Source: an uncultured Methanosarcinales archaeon
GTDB taxonomy: Archaea; Halobacteriota; Methanosarcinia; Methanotrichales; Methanotrichaceae
Assembly (NCBI GenBank): GCA_963843555.1
Contig: CAWJKV010000002.1
Location: 192,001 to 256,000 of the forward strand
Length of the DNA stretch: 64,000 bases
Reading direction: 5' to 3'
Shown: positions 41,157 to 52,094 of the stretch, piece by piece
Layout: the number at the start of each line of letters is the position of its first letter
Numbering within the stretch: position 1 is the first letter of the stretch
Translations under genes and position numbers: made by a program
Notes under the pieces: model-generated
What the model was told of the DNA's origin: nothing
Seen by the model: the letters and a program-made list of their open reading frames with translations, nothing else
Database searches by the model: none

Positions 41157-42881
41157 CTATTTGAGCGCTTTTAGCAGCTCCTGCAGACTCATGGCGTTGA
41201 GCAGATCCTTCTTCTCCAGCCAGGCTCGTCTGGCAACATTCACACCGTACTTCATGCCCAGGAGCTGTTTAGCATCGTGAGCATCGGTATTGATGCTCAT
41301 CTTCACACCCATTTCCTTAGCTGCCCTGGCATTGATATCGTTCAGGTCCAGGCGGCTGGGGTAGGCATTGATCTCCAGAGCGGCCCCCGTTCTTGCCGCC
41401 GCTTCCAGAACAGCCTGAAGATCGAGGCTGTAAGGCTCGCGCTGGTTGATGACCCTTCCTGTGGGGTGACCGATTATATCTACGAACTCATTTTCTATGG
41501 CCGAGATCAACCTTCCTGTTATGGCCCTCTCGGTCTGCTGCTGGCCCATGTGCACCGAGGCTACAACCACGTCGCAACGGGCCAATAGCTCGTCGGGATA
41601 GTCCAGTTCTCCATCGGCTTTAATGTCCACTTCAGTCCCCATCAGAACCGTAATCCCTTCCAGGACTTCATTTGCAGCAGCTATAGCCTCGATCTTCTCC
41701 TCCAGCTTTTCGGGCGCGAGGCCACCGGCAATGCCGACTGAAGGCGAATGGTCACAAAGGGCAATGTACTCGTAGCCCAAAGCCCTGGCTGCCTCTGCCA
41801 TCTCCAGAACGGATGCTCTGCCGTCCGACCAGTTGCTGTGCACATGCAGATCGCCTCGCAAGTCCTCCAGCTCAATGATAGCCGGAAGACGTCCTTGCAT
41901 TGCCGCCTCGATTTCTCCGTTGTCCTCCCTCATCTCCGGAGGGATGTACTGCAGACCCAGAGCCGCGTAAATGTCCTCCTCATTCTCGTAGAAAAGGTCA
42001 TAGGAGTCAGCCAAACGCGTCAGTGAGTACTCATTCAGGGAATAGCCGCGATCAAGAGCTAACTGGCGCATTCTCACATTGTGATCTTTTGAGCCGGTAA
42101 AATACTGCAGAACTGTGCCGTAGGATCTATGCTCCACAATTCTCAGGTCAACCTGAATCGTCTCCTGTACGATGACGCTCGCTTTGGTGGGGCCTTTGGC
42201 CAGAACCTCCTCCACCATGGGCATGCGCACGAATGCTGCCACGACCTCCTCGGGCCTGGTGGCGGTAGCCAGTATATCTATATCGCCCACTGTCTCCCGC
42301 CCCCGGCGAAAGCTTCCTGCGGCAGTGATATGCTCCAGGCCTTCCATCCCTCGCAGATAGGCCAGGGTCTCATTGACTACGGGTTCGGCTGTGCTGTAGA
42401 GAATTCGAACACTTCGTTTCTTGTATCTTTCAATGGATTTTAAGATGTTCTTCTCGCGGGTCTCTCCCATTCTGGGAAGCCTGCGGATGCGATGTTCCAG
42501 GGCTGCCTTCTCTAGCTCATTCAGGTCGGTTATGTTCAACTTCTCATGCAACATGAAGATGGTCTTGGGGCCAAGACCCGAGATCTTAAGAAGTTCGCTA
42601 AGGCCTGATGGCGTTTGTGCCAGAAGCTCCTGATGAGACTGAATCTGGCCGGTGCGCAGATACTCTTCAACCTTCTGGGCGATGGCTTTTCCCACACCAG
42701 GAATGGACTGCAATCTCTTTTCCCGACAGACCTTGATAATGTCTTCCTTCAATGATTCGATAGCCCTTGCAGCTCTGCTGTAGGCTATTATCTTGAAGCG
42801 GTTCTCTGCATGCAGCTCCAGCAATTCTGCCATCTCATAAAGAACGGCGGCAATCTCGCGATTCCGAACGGAATTGGTCAC
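41157..42881 (-). CDS. polX: DNA polymerase X with PHP domain
   Basis: HhH repeats, GSFRRGRETVGDIDIL, VDLR, YFTGSK.HN, DLHVHS, GHPTGR, TDAH. Confidence 0.95.
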   Translation of the reverse strand: MTNSVRNREIAAVLYEMAELLELHAENRFKIIAYSRAARAIESLKEDIIKVCREKRLQSIPGVGKAIAQKVEEYLRTGQIQSHQELLAQTPSGLSELLKISGLGPKTIFMLHEKLNITDLNELEKAALEHRIRRLPRMGETREKNILKSIERYKKRSVRILYSTAEPVVNETLAYLRGMEGLEHITAAGSFRRGRETVGDIDILATATRPEEVVAAFVRMPMVEEVLAKGPTKASVIVQETIQVDLRIVEHRSYGTVLQYFTGSKDHNVRMRQLALDRGYSLNEYSLTRLADSYDLFYENEEDIYAALGLQYIPPEMREDNGEIEAAMQGRLPAIIELEDLRGDLHVHSNWSDGRASVLEMAEAARALGYEYIALCDHSPSVGIAGGLAPEKLEEKIEAIAAANEVLEGITVLMGTEVDIKADGELDYPDELLARCDVVVASVHMGQQQTERAITGRLISAIENEFVDIIGHPTGRVINQREPYSLDLQAVLEAAARTGAALEINAYPSRLDLNDINARAAKEMGVKMSINTDAHDAKQLLGMKYGVNVARRAWLEKKDLLNAMSLQELLKALK

Positions 42882-42922
42882 AAAAAGAAAATATCCCAGG
42901 TGGTATAAGAATATCGCTTTCT

Positions 42923-43648
42923 CTAGATCAGCTCCTCGATATGCTTCATCTCTGAGACGTCAGTCAGGTCGCTGATCGACTCATGCTGCACATCTATATG
43001 GCATTCCCGAGCGGCAGCCACCAGATTCGTTCCGCCGACCAGAGCTATTCCCACATGATCCCGATCCACAGAGACGCCCAGAACATTCATATTCGGCGCT
43101 CCCAGTTCAAGGACACCGGCGAACCCTCCCGAGGCCAGAAGGTCGAGCACCCCCTCGATTCTGTCCCTGGCAATCATGGGGGCTTCCTGAAGGTTGCCCA
43201 GGATCCGTCCGTTTCCTGTGCGCATCATTCCCGTAATATCCATCAGGCCCTGAGCCATGAGAACGTCTATAGGATCGATGGTAGTTGCCCAATACATGAG
43301 CATATCTGTAAACCTGGTAGGCTCACGATTCACCACCTCGATCAGGCCGCCTCCTTTAGGATGCACCGGTATGCCGTGCTTGAGCAAAACACCACAGATA
43401 GTAAGGCTGCAAGCGGTCTTGATTTTTATCGAACCTTTTTCCTCTGCGATCTTGATCATAGGCGAGACAGCGAGGCCGCTCTGCATGGCATCATAAAAGA
43501 CATTCAGAGTTTCATCGAGGCGCTCCTTTTTAACAAGGGATGTATTGGTGATGATTTTGCCAATCATCTCGACCGGATTGAAACTCACCTGATGCATGAG
43601 GTTCTCAATCCTGGCCAGAGTGAAGACTAGAGGTAGCGATGGTTTCAC
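42923..43648 (-). CDS. NrpR regulatory-domain protein (DUF128, NrpRII-like, no wHTH)
   Basis: TACSLTICGVLLKHGIP...GGG, TTIDP..V, G.ILGN, GGTN. Confidence 0.8.
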   Translation of the reverse strand: MKPSLPLVFTLARIENLMHQVSFNPVEMIGKIITNTSLVKKERLDETLNVFYDAMQSGLAVSPMIKIAEEKGSIKIKTACSLTICGVLLKHGIPVHPKGGGLIEVVNREPTRFTDMLMYWATTIDPIDVLMAQGLMDITGMMRTGNGRILGNLQEAPMIARDRIEGVLDLLASGGFAGVLELGAPNMNVLGVSVDRDHVGIALVGGTNLVAAARECHIDVQHESISDLTDVSEMKHIEELI

Positions 43649-43712
43649 ATATTCTAATCTACAAAGGGATTTATTAGCTTTTCATTAGAAGCTATCTTAT
43701 ATCACTTCGTCC

Positions 43713-44438
43713 ATGCTATTGGCAATGTTGCGCCAAAGGTTCGTGCTGGATACAACAGCTCTCACGGACTCTCTGGCCTGGGAGAGCGAGGGGGCCACCA
43801 ACATCTGCGAGGGGATGAACGCCATCTTGGATCGCGTGGCCGAAGGAAGGCTTCACCTGGGGATCAGCTGCTACATCCCATATCCTTCCGTTTACAACGA
43901 GATCAAGGATTTCGCCAGGCATAATAATTGTGATTCCCGTGTTTTGGGCAAGGTCGATACCTGGCTCGTCAAGAAGAGCCCTGACAGGTACAAAGTCAAA
44001 GTGCCTTCAAAGATATTTTACGAATATGTTGATTATATGCGTAGCCGCATAAACAAGGGAATGAATATCTCTGAGGAGGCTATATGGGAATCTGTCTCCA
44101 GGTGCATCGCTATGAGCGATGGCGGCAGCGATTTGAAGGAGATGAAGGACGAGATAGAAAGGGAGATCGTTGGCAGCATAATACGCAAATTTCGGGAGAA
44201 ATATAGAGCAGCGCTTCGTTATGGAATCCTGGATAGTGCACCGGATATCGACGTCCTGCTATTGGCGAAGGAACTGGATGCGGCCGTGATATCTCAAGAC
44301 CTGGGCATCCAGCGCTGGGCTGAGCAGCTCGGTCTTCGCTTCATGGAGTCCAGATCTTTTCCCATTATGATTAAGGAGTACATGAATGCGTTGCCAGAGA
44401 ACCATATAGAAGAGAAGGAAGCGGACAGGATGATCTGA
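43713..44438 (+). CDS. RNA-free ribonuclease P (HARP, UPF0278 PIN domain)
   Basis: RFVLDTT, KKSPDRY, RINKG, REKYR.ALR.GILDS..D.DVLLLAKELDA, D.GI..WAE.LG. Confidence 0.9.
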   Translation: MLLAMLRQRFVLDTTALTDSLAWESEGATNICEGMNAILDRVAEGRLHLGISCYIPYPSVYNEIKDFARHNNCDSRVLGKVDTWLVKKSPDRYKVKVPSKIFYEYVDYMRSRINKGMNISEEAIWESVSRCIAMSDGGSDLKEMKDEIEREIVGSIIRKFREKYRAALRYGILDSAPDIDVLLLAKELDAAVISQDLGIQRWAEQLGLRFMESRSFPIMIKEYMNALPENHIEEKEADRMI

Positions 44439-44477
44439 TAATTTAATTATTTCTCATTTTGGATATTAAGCCTTTAC

Positions 44478-47400
44478 CTACAAAACTTCCATACATCTTT
44501 CCAGGGCCAGTTTTAGCTCCTCTATTTGGATCGGTTTGCTGAGATAGTCATCCATCCCTGCATTTAAGAATTCTTCGCGATCTCCTTCCAGGGCATAGGC
44601 AGTCATGGCTATGATGCAGGGCTGCCTATCCAGTCTCTTTTTTCGAATGCAGCGTGTGGCATCCAGCCCGTCCATATTCGGCATTTGTATATCCATTAGA
44701 ATGACATCATAAGGCCTTCTATCCAGAGCCGCCAGGACGTCCAGGCCGTTCCCGGCCACATCAGCTTTATAATCCAGATGTTTTAGCATGCTGAGTGCCA
44801 CTTTCTGGTTTATGGGATTATCTTCTGCCAGGAGAATGGCAAGATCGCCGCCTTTTTCCGGTTGAGTTGAGGGCAGGCCGTCAGTATCCTTTACCTCTTT
44901 GTATTTCGGCATGATTAAGCTCTGCAGAAGACTCTTGAGCTGGCGCGGCTTGACCGGCTTGCTCAGCCAGCCAGAGACTGAATCGTCCCGCTGCACTTTG
45001 CTTCCCATCTGGCTTATCATGATAATAAATGCGTTATTCCCGTTTTTTGCCCTTATCTGCCTGGCCAGAAGAGGTCCGTCCATATCCAGCAAGATTGCAT
45101 CAGAAATCACAAAATCATAGACCTCTCTCTCCAGATTTTCCAATGCAACCTTACCTGTTGCCAGAGCCGTTATCTCCATTCCCCAGGACAGAACGATTTT
45201 GGCGAGCATATTTCTGACCGACTCATTTCCTTCTACTATTAGCACTCTCTTACCTGCAAGTTTCGAATCCGAAGATATTGAGGTTGCCTTTTGGCTATGT
45301 TCAACACAGCGAATGGTGAAATGGAAAATGCTGCCCACTCCTCTCTCGCTCTCCGCCCAGATTTCACCTCCCATCATCTCCACCAGCCTGCGGCTTATGG
45401 CCAAACCCAGGCCGGTTCCACCGTAATGCCTGGTGGTCGAGGAATCAACCTGAGTGAAGAACTGAAAGAGCTTGCTCAAGTTTTCTTGGGATATACCAAT
45501 TCCCGTATCTTTAACTTCGAAGTGAAGCACTACTTTTCCATCATCCAGCGGAGATGAGCTCACAGAGAGCATTACCTCACCTTTTTCCGTAAACTTCACA
45601 GCATTTCCCAGGAGATTTATCAGAATCTGACGCAGCCGGATCTCATCGCCTCTGATCATCGTGGGCACATCATCTTTCTGGAAATAGGTCAGCTCCAGGC
45701 CCTTCTCTGCAGCCTTGGCAGCAACCAGGTCCATGGAGATCTCAATGCATCCTGTCAGATCAAACGGCAGAGCCTCCAGTTCCAGTTTATTTCCATCGAT
45801 CTTGGAGTAATCAAGAATATCGTTGATTACGGCAAGCAAGGCAGTTCCGCTGTTACGGATGGTCTCAAGGTAGTCACGCTGTTCCAGCTTCAAATCCGTC
45901 TCCATGAGAAGGCCGGTCATACCTATGACAGCATTCATCGGTGTGCGAATCTCATGACTCATATTGGCCAGGAATTTCGACTTGGACTTGGTGGCCGATT
46001 CAGCCCGGTCTCTCGCACTCTTAAGATCCTCCTCGGCCATTTTTGCCTCTGTAATGTCGCGAATGGTCTCGATTGCTCCGTAGATCTTCCCCTCCGAATC
46101 ATAGAGAACCGTCGCACTTCCCAGAAGGTAGACCGCTTTCCCATTAAGGTCGGAGATGAAAGACTCACCGACTATGGTGTTGCCATCCTGCCTCTTAATG
46201 CTCTCATAATCTCCCTCCAAATTCAGGTCGGGTTTCATGACAAGATCGATCAATATCGGCTTTCTTTCTCCGTAGAAAGAGAGAGAGTACTCGTAGTTGT
46301 CCTTTGCCAGGATGTTCTCCGCCTTGATGCCTGTCATCTTCTCTATGGCACGGTTCCAGGCAATTACGTTGCCTTCCTTATTGATGACAAAGGTGGCATC
46401 GGGCAGGAAATTGATGATATCCGCCAATCTGCGCTCGGAGTCTTTCAGGGCCGCCTCTGCCTGTATCCTCTCCTGTACCTCACTTTGCAGCTCTCTATTG
46501 GCAGTCTCAAGCTCCTCCGTGCGCCGGGCTACACGCCCTTCCAAGTCTTCGTTGAGGCGGACGATCTCCTGCTGAACACGTTTGCGTTCCTTGAGATCCT
46601 CTTGCGCTTCATGATAGAATTTAACGTTTTCATCCAGTACCAGGATCTGGCGCACTAGGACCAATCCAATTATAATGGCTACCGCCCCGGCTAAGATGGA
46701 GAATGATAGACTAATGGGATGATAACGGCTCCAGATGAGCAAAGCAAATGCGCCTGCCGCGCAAATATAAGGTAGATAAAGAGGCCAGGTCAGCTGTCCG
46801 TAGCGAGGTTGCACATTCTCAGAGGGCCGGGAGGAATTCCTTGCTGCGGCATCAGCCTGAAACAAACCCGCCAGGCCGATCAGGATGGAGGAAAGAGGCC
46901 AGCCTATATCCAGCAGCCCTCCGGCGGCATATGTCTCCTCTAATGTCTGGCGAAAGAATATGGAATCAGTTATGATCAGAACAATCATTCCGCCGGCAAG
47001 AAGCAATAAGGGAGTTTGTTCGTCCTGATAGATCCTCTTGAAAAGCAACATAAGTACAGAGAATAGTAAAACCAAATCCGCTACAGGATAGGCAACATAA
47101 ATGGCTAAAGCGAGAGGATCACTGTTTCCGGATTGCTGGATGATTGGGCCAATGATAAGGCTCCAGACAATAATAACTGCTACAACCATGACTATTACGG
47201 TATCCAGCGTCATCTTGAACCGCTCGGTGTGGGCAAATTTTATAGCAGGCAGTGTGAAGATTCCCAATAAAAATAGCGGGTAGAAGGCTAAGAAGAAATA
47301 GTTCGCAATAGACAGAGTAGGGTCCTCTTTGAGGACTATCTCGACATAGGCCCAAATGGCATCACCGATGGCGAAGATGAACATGGCCACGGTAAGAATC

Positions 47401-47717
47401 AGCCAGGCTGAATAGACCCTTTTTCTACAGAAATAAGAGATCATGGCACCATAAAAAAGAGCCAGGGTAACAAGGCCATTGATTAAAAAAGTGGCAATGT
47501 CAGTAAAGGCGGTGTTTGCATCTTGATCATTTCTTAAGAACCACATAACCAGGACAAAAGAGATGATGATCAAGGCTCCCGCTGCCAATGAATAGCGAAA
47601 AGGCAAAACCCATTTTAATGCTAAAGATCTGACACCCGCAAACATAATGCCGCCGGCGTCGGATGATGAATTTGCGATTGCTTTTTTTGCTTCACCAGTA
47701 GATTGCATACTCATCAT
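44478..47717 (-). CDS. Multi-TM sensor-PAS-HisKA-HATPase-REC-REC hybrid kinase
   Basis: About 10 hydrophobic segments, [21 protein letters not shown], two receiver domains. Confidence 0.92.
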   Translation of the reverse strand: MMSMQSTGEAKKAIANSSSDAGGIMFAGVRSLALKWVLPFRYSLAAGALIIISFVLVMWFLRNDQDANTAFTDIATFLINGLVTLALFYGAMISYFCRKRVYSAWLILTVAMFIFAIGDAIWAYVEIVLKEDPTLSIANYFFLAFYPLFLLGIFTLPAIKFAHTERFKMTLDTVIVMVVAVIIVWSLIIGPIIQQSGNSDPLALAIYVAYPVADLVLLFSVLMLLFKRIYQDEQTPLLLLAGGMIVLIITDSIFFRQTLEETYAAGGLLDIGWPLSSILIGLAGLFQADAAARNSSRPSENVQPRYGQLTWPLYLPYICAAGAFALLIWSRYHPISLSFSILAGAVAIIIGLVLVRQILVLDENVKFYHEAQEDLKERKRVQQEIVRLNEDLEGRVARRTEELETANRELQSEVQERIQAEAALKDSERRLADIINFLPDATFVINKEGNVIAWNRAIEKMTGIKAENILAKDNYEYSLSFYGERKPILIDLVMKPDLNLEGDYESIKRQDGNTIVGESFISDLNGKAVYLLGSATVLYDSEGKIYGAIETIRDITEAKMAEEDLKSARDRAESATKSKSKFLANMSHEIRTPMNAVIGMTGLLMETDLKLEQRDYLETIRNSGTALLAVINDILDYSKIDGNKLELEALPFDLTGCIEISMDLVAAKAAEKGLELTYFQKDDVPTMIRGDEIRLRQILINLLGNAVKFTEKGEVMLSVSSSPLDDGKVVLHFEVKDTGIGISQENLSKLFQFFTQVDSSTTRHYGGTGLGLAISRRLVEMMGGEIWAESERGVGSIFHFTIRCVEHSQKATSISSDSKLAGKRVLIVEGNESVRNMLAKIVLSWGMEITALATGKVALENLEREVYDFVISDAILLDMDGPLLARQIRAKNGNNAFIIMISQMGSKVQRDDSVSGWLSKPVKPRQLKSLLQSLIMPKYKEVKDTDGLPSTQPEKGGDLAILLAEDNPINQKVALSMLKHLDYKADVAGNGLDVLAALDRRPYDVILMDIQMPNMDGLDATRCIRKKRLDRQPCIIAMTAYALEGDREEFLNAGMDDYLSKPIQIEELKLALERCMEVL

Positions 47718-48113
47718 CCATTGAACTATTCAACATCACTCCATAGAATGTCTAACGGGTCATTCCATTTTCGACCCTATGGCTATTTATTTGTTTAAAC
47801 GTCTTCGTATAACAATATATCCATTGGTTCCAGTTCATGAAATTGCAAAATTATAATTGAAAAAATATGCATTTTTAAACAGAAGTCAATGATCTTGAAG
47901 CCAGACTCAATCCAAGCTTATTTCTCACACTAACATTATTAATGATTACGGCGACATCTCATTTTGACTATATTAACCTAATTTTAGCTCCTCGTAAGCT
48001 ATGGGCCCAAATTTCAAAAGTCTCCACCTCAATAACCAAAAAGAGGTTTTTGATGCCAAATAGATCAATATACCAGAAAGTATATATGCGTAAGAACCAG
48101 TCAATGGAGAATT

Positions 48114-48269
48114 ATGCCTAAGACTACATTGACCTTATCCGAACCGGTAGCCAAAACCTTGAAGATTTATACCGTACAGGCTAAAAGCAGTATGCGTGCT
48201 CAAAGCCAGGTAATAGAAGAAGCATTAAAAGAGTTCTTCGAGAATCATGGGGTCAAGATCGAGCAATAA
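48114..48269 (+). CDS. 51-aa ribbon-helix-helix protein (below ORF-track cutoff)
   Basis: Hand translation MPKTTLTLSEPVAKTLKIYTVQAKSSMRAQSQVIEEALKEFFENHGVKIEQ; GGAG and a TATA-like box upstream. Confidence 0.65.
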   Translation: MPKTTLTLSEPVAKTLKIYTVQAKSSMRAQSQVIEEALKEFFENHGVKIEQ

Positions 48270-48309
48270 TTCATCTGGAGCCAAAATTGGAGAAGGATCA
48301 GTGGTGCTC

Positions 48310-49281
48310 TTATTTTGGCCTCAATAAATGGCATGATCCTCCGCCCTGCTTCTCAAAATAGTCCTGATGATACTCTTCAGCTTCATAGAAATTCGATGCC
48401 GGGACGATCTGGGTTGTGGCTTTATTTGTATAGGCTCCTGATCGGTCAAATTCCTCTTTTGATTCTTCTGCGGACTTCTTTTGCAGCTCATTGTGGTAAA
48501 ATATGGCGGAGCGGTACTGGGTGCCGACATCAGGACCCTGTCGGTTGGGCGTGGTAGGATCATGTATTCTCCAGAATAGGGAAAGCAACTCTTGATAAGA
48601 TACAATCCGGGGATCATATTTTATCAGTACTGCCTCTGCATGGCCTGTAATCCCGGTGCAAACCGCTCTGTAGGAGGGATTGGGGACGGTTCCGCCCGTA
48701 TAACCAACCGTTGTCTCTATCACGCCTTTGACCTGTTTGAAAGCCGATTCCACGCCCCAGAAACAGCCGGCGGCAAACGTGGCCAGCTCATAATTCGAAT
48801 CATCTTTCTGGGAGCCCTCAGTGGATTCATTCTTAGACTCTTCCTTTTCAAATTGGCTCAGGTATTGGCCATAGCCCTCTTTTTCCATATCTTCCACCGG
48901 TACAAAGCGTAAAGATGCTGAATTGATGCAGTAGCGCATTCCTGACGGTTTTGGCCCATCTTCAAATACATGGCCTAGATGAGACCTGGCGATTTTGCTC
49001 TGCACCTCTACCCGTCTCATATTGTAGCTGTTGTCAACATCCTCTACAATATTGTCCTCCTTCAAGGGCTTTGTGAAGCTGGGCCAGCCGGTTCCAGAAT
49101 CAAATTTATCCTCTGAGCTGAAGAGCGGTTCACCTGAGACCACATCCACATAAATACCCGGTTTTTTATTATTCCAGAATTCATTCTGGAAGGGCGGCTC
49201 TGTACCGCATTGTTGCGTCACTCGATACTGAATAGGGGTTAATTTCTTTTTGAGATCATTATCCGAATCATTCGTGTTCAT
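48310..49281 (-). CDS. msrAB: Methionine sulfoxide reductase MsrB-MsrA fusion
   Basis: [45 protein letters not shown]. Confidence 0.95.
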   Translation of the reverse strand: MNTNDSDNDLKKKLTPIQYRVTQQCGTEPPFQNEFWNNKKPGIYVDVVSGEPLFSSEDKFDSGTGWPSFTKPLKEDNIVEDVDNSYNMRRVEVQSKIARSHLGHVFEDGPKPSGMRYCINSASLRFVPVEDMEKEGYGQYLSQFEKEESKNESTEGSQKDDSNYELATFAAGCFWGVESAFKQVKGVIETTVGYTGGTVPNPSYRAVCTGITGHAEAVLIKYDPRIVSYQELLSLFWRIHDPTTPNRQGPDVGTQYRSAIFYHNELQKKSAEESKEEFDRSGAYTNKATTQIVPASNFYEAEEYHQDYFEKQGGGSCHLLRPK

Positions 49282-49722
49282 GGGCGCTCCTCTTTTCGAG
49301 ATCTTATTAGGGATTCAGGGATTCTTCTTGAAGCATGACCTTTCGGTTTTAGTATGAGGCTAACTCATGATCAAACTGCATTATTTCTCAATAATGGGAT
49401 AAATTCTTTTGGGACCAGTAGCTCTATCAGAACTGAAGATCGGGGTCCGCATAACTCTCTTGGAAAAACTGCAATGATGAGATACAATAATCAGAGATGC
49501 TGCAACGTACCTAAATTTTTATATACTATCGATGCATATATGATTACCGATCCAATTTATGATTGTCGATGTGTATGCGATAAAACTTCGATCTATCCAA
49601 ATGAGATTGATTTGAGAGACAAATATATGTAAAAAATGCATTGAATAATAGCGCCAATTGATCTACTAGATTGTAGTTGAAAGCTGGATTGGAGTCCAGA
49701 AAATAGAAAAGAAGGTGTTATT

Positions 49723-50355
49723 ATGAAGATTGGAATAATCGGTTCCGGGAACGTCGGCAGCGCTTTGGGCAAGATCTGGGCGGAGAAGGGACATGAGGTC
49801 ATGTTCAGTTCACGTCACCCGGAAAAGTCCAAAGCTCTGGCTCAGTCGGTGGGAAACAATGCAAGTTATGGGCTTCCGGTGGACGCTGTTAAGTTTGGCG
49901 ACATAGTTGTCCTGGCAGTGCCCTGGAGCGAGGCAGAGAATGCTCTGAAGTCGGCCGGCTCTCTTGACGGCAAGATCTTGATCGACTGCACCAACCCTCT
50001 GAAACCGGATTTCAGCGGACTGGCTATTGGTCTTACGACTTCGGCCGGCGAGGAGGATGCAAAGGTAGCCAAAGGAGCAAGGGTTGTGAAGGCCTTCAAT
50101 ACCACTTTTGCCGTTCTGATGGCCTCTGAATCGCGCCTTTTCGGTGAAGTGTCACCTACAGGATTCTATTGTGGCGACGATGCTGCGGCCAAGGCAGTTG
50201 TCTCCGATCTCATCAAAGATACAGGCCTGGAACCTGTTGATGCCGGACCTCTGGAGATGTCTCGCTGCCTTGAGCCTCTGGCCTTTCTCATGATGGATCT
50301 CGGATTCAATCAAAAGATGGGGACAAATATTGCATTGCGCCTTCTGAAACGATGA
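49723..50355 (+). CDS. NADPH-dependent F420 reductase-like dinucleotide-binding protein
   Basis: IGIIGSGNVG, LAVP, IDCTNP, VVKAFNT, CGDD, DAGPL. Confidence 0.85.
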   Translation: MKIGIIGSGNVGSALGKIWAEKGHEVMFSSRHPEKSKALAQSVGNNASYGLPVDAVKFGDIVVLAVPWSEAENALKSAGSLDGKILIDCTNPLKPDFSGLAIGLTTSAGEEDAKVAKGARVVKAFNTTFAVLMASESRLFGEVSPTGFYCGDDAAAKAVVSDLIKDTGLEPVDAGPLEMSRCLEPLAFLMMDLGFNQKMGTNIALRLLKR

Positions 50356-50427
50356 ATCTAAGAAATTGTTTACGGCATTTAGACATTTACGGTCAGGAAT
50401 AAAATTGTGGGGGGCTGATCTTCAATC

Positions 50428-51261
50428 ATGGAAATGGATGGAAAGGTCGTTTTGGTTAGCGGTTCGACAGATGGCATTGGCAAGCAGACAGCGCATATTA
50501 TTGCCAGCAAAGGCGCAATAGTCCTTTTGCACGGTCGCAATCCCATAAAAGGAGAGATGGTGCAAGAGGAGATTCGGCGCACGACCGACAACAATCGCTT
50601 GCAATTCATCCCGGCCGAACTGTCCTCCGCTAAGGAGATCCATAGACTTGGAAATTTGATCAGAGAAGGCCACGACCATCTGGATGTCCTTATTAACAAT
50701 GCAGGTACCTTCGAGCGGGATCGAAAGGTAACTGAAGACGGATTGGAGACTACGTTTGCCGTCAACTATCTGGCCCAGTTCCGGCTTGTTCATGAGCTGC
50801 TGGATCTGTTGAAGAAAAGCGCCTCCGGCAGAATCGTCAATGTGGCCTCCGCTACTCACTGGAATGCCCGGACGGTGGACCTGAGCCATCTGCAGGGCGA
50901 AGAGCACTACGACGGTTATAAGGCTTATGCCCAGTCGAAGCTGGCTGTTGTCCTCTTCACCTATGCCCTGGCACGGCGGCTGGAGGGAACAGGCATGACT
51001 GCCAACTGTCTGCATCCTGGTGTGATAAAGACCAAAATGCTCCGAGCGGGGTTTGGCGACCATCCCGGAGACACGCCGGAAAAGGGAGCCAGAACCTCTG
51101 TCTACCTTGCCTTATCACCGGATGTCGAGGGGATCTCGGGCAGATACTTCGAAGAATGCAAACCTGTGCAGTCCTCTCCCATAAGCCGCAACCTGGAGCT
51201 GCAAGAGAAGCTCTGGCGGATCAGCGAAGAGCTGACGGGGTTGGTCCGAGAACCAATCTGA
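50428..51261 (+). CDS. SDR (retinol-dehydrogenase-like)
   Basis: SGSTDGIG, NNAG, YAQSK, LHPG. Confidence 0.9.
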   Translation: MEMDGKVVLVSGSTDGIGKQTAHIIASKGAIVLLHGRNPIKGEMVQEEIRRTTDNNRLQFIPAELSSAKEIHRLGNLIREGHDHLDVLINNAGTFERDRKVTEDGLETTFAVNYLAQFRLVHELLDLLKKSASGRIVNVASATHWNARTVDLSHLQGEEHYDGYKAYAQSKLAVVLFTYALARRLEGTGMTANCLHPGVIKTKMLRAGFGDHPGDTPEKGARTSVYLALSPDVEGISGRYFEECKPVQSSPISRNLELQEKLWRISEELTGLVREPI

Positions 51262-51290
51262 GAATCAATCTGAGAATCAATCGGAGGATT

Positions 51291-52007
51291 ATGACTACTG
51301 TTATCAGAAAACCGGAGAGCATCCATCAGGCCCAGGGGAGAATTCAAAAGGGCACATTTCAAGGCCGCTGGCACTTCAGCTTCGATGATTATTTTGATCC
51401 CAATTTTATGAGTTTCGGGTCTCTGCGCGTCTTCAATGATGACACGCTCTCGCCCGGAGCCATCTGGCCCCTCCATCCCCACCAGGAGATCGAGGTGGTG
51501 ACTTACTGTGCCGAAGGTGAGTTCAGGCACGCAGATGAACGGGGGGAAGGCGGCGTTTTGCAGAAGGGATGGGTCCAGCATACCACCGTGGGCAGGGGCA
51601 TGTGGCACTCAGAGATCAACAACCGCCAGGATATGCCCATGAGGTTCATCCAGATGTGGTTTCGCCCAACCGCCCAGAACCTCCCGCCATCGGTAGAGCA
51701 GATGAAAGTGGAGGCTCCCGAGAGGACAAACAGGTTTCTGCCATTGGTCTCCAATGCTCACCCAGGAGCTTTGCACATCTACTCCCAGGGAAGAGTCTTC
51801 TCCTGCTTTCTTCAGGCAGGCCACGTGGTTTCCCATCAGTTGGAGCCTGGTTGGGGAGCTTATCTCTATCTCCTGGAGGGAGGAGAGGTCGAAGTAAACA
51901 ATAAGTCCCTCTCTGTCTATGGATCGGCACTAATAAATGATCAGATTGGGATCGACATCGCCGCAGGGGGAGACAGCGAGCTGTTGATGGTGGAGGTCGA
52001 GGTCTGA
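51291..52007 (+). CDS. Pirin-family protein
   Basis: FSF.DY.DP, LRVFNDD, HPH..IE, H.D, G.WHSE, IQMW. Confidence 0.9.
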   Translation: MTTVIRKPESIHQAQGRIQKGTFQGRWHFSFDDYFDPNFMSFGSLRVFNDDTLSPGAIWPLHPHQEIEVVTYCAEGEFRHADERGEGGVLQKGWVQHTTVGRGMWHSEINNRQDMPMRFIQMWFRPTAQNLPPSVEQMKVEAPERTNRFLPLVSNAHPGALHIYSQGRVFSCFLQAGHVVSHQLEPGWGAYLYLLEGGEVEVNNKSLSVYGSALINDQIGIDIAAGGDSELLMVEVEV

Positions 52008-52094
52008 TTTGAATATTGAATATTGAATAATAGATTGAACAAAATCTGTGCAATAACACCTGTTATCAGTATCACCAACTGGAGGTATAAAGAC

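Noticed and set aside
45954..46658. Long antisense ORFs (also 32181-32915, 50422-51063, 28917-29639)
   Set aside because: Shadows of well-supported genes on the opposite strand, with no independent motifs.
49520..49600. TCGAT-rich imperfect repeats between msrBA and the oxidoreductase operon as an operator
   Set aside because: Too degenerate to define a motif without comparative data.
51255..51282. 12-bp tandem AATCTGAGAATC between the SDR and pirin genes
   Set aside because: About two copies overlapping the stop codon; a simple local duplication with no evidence of function.
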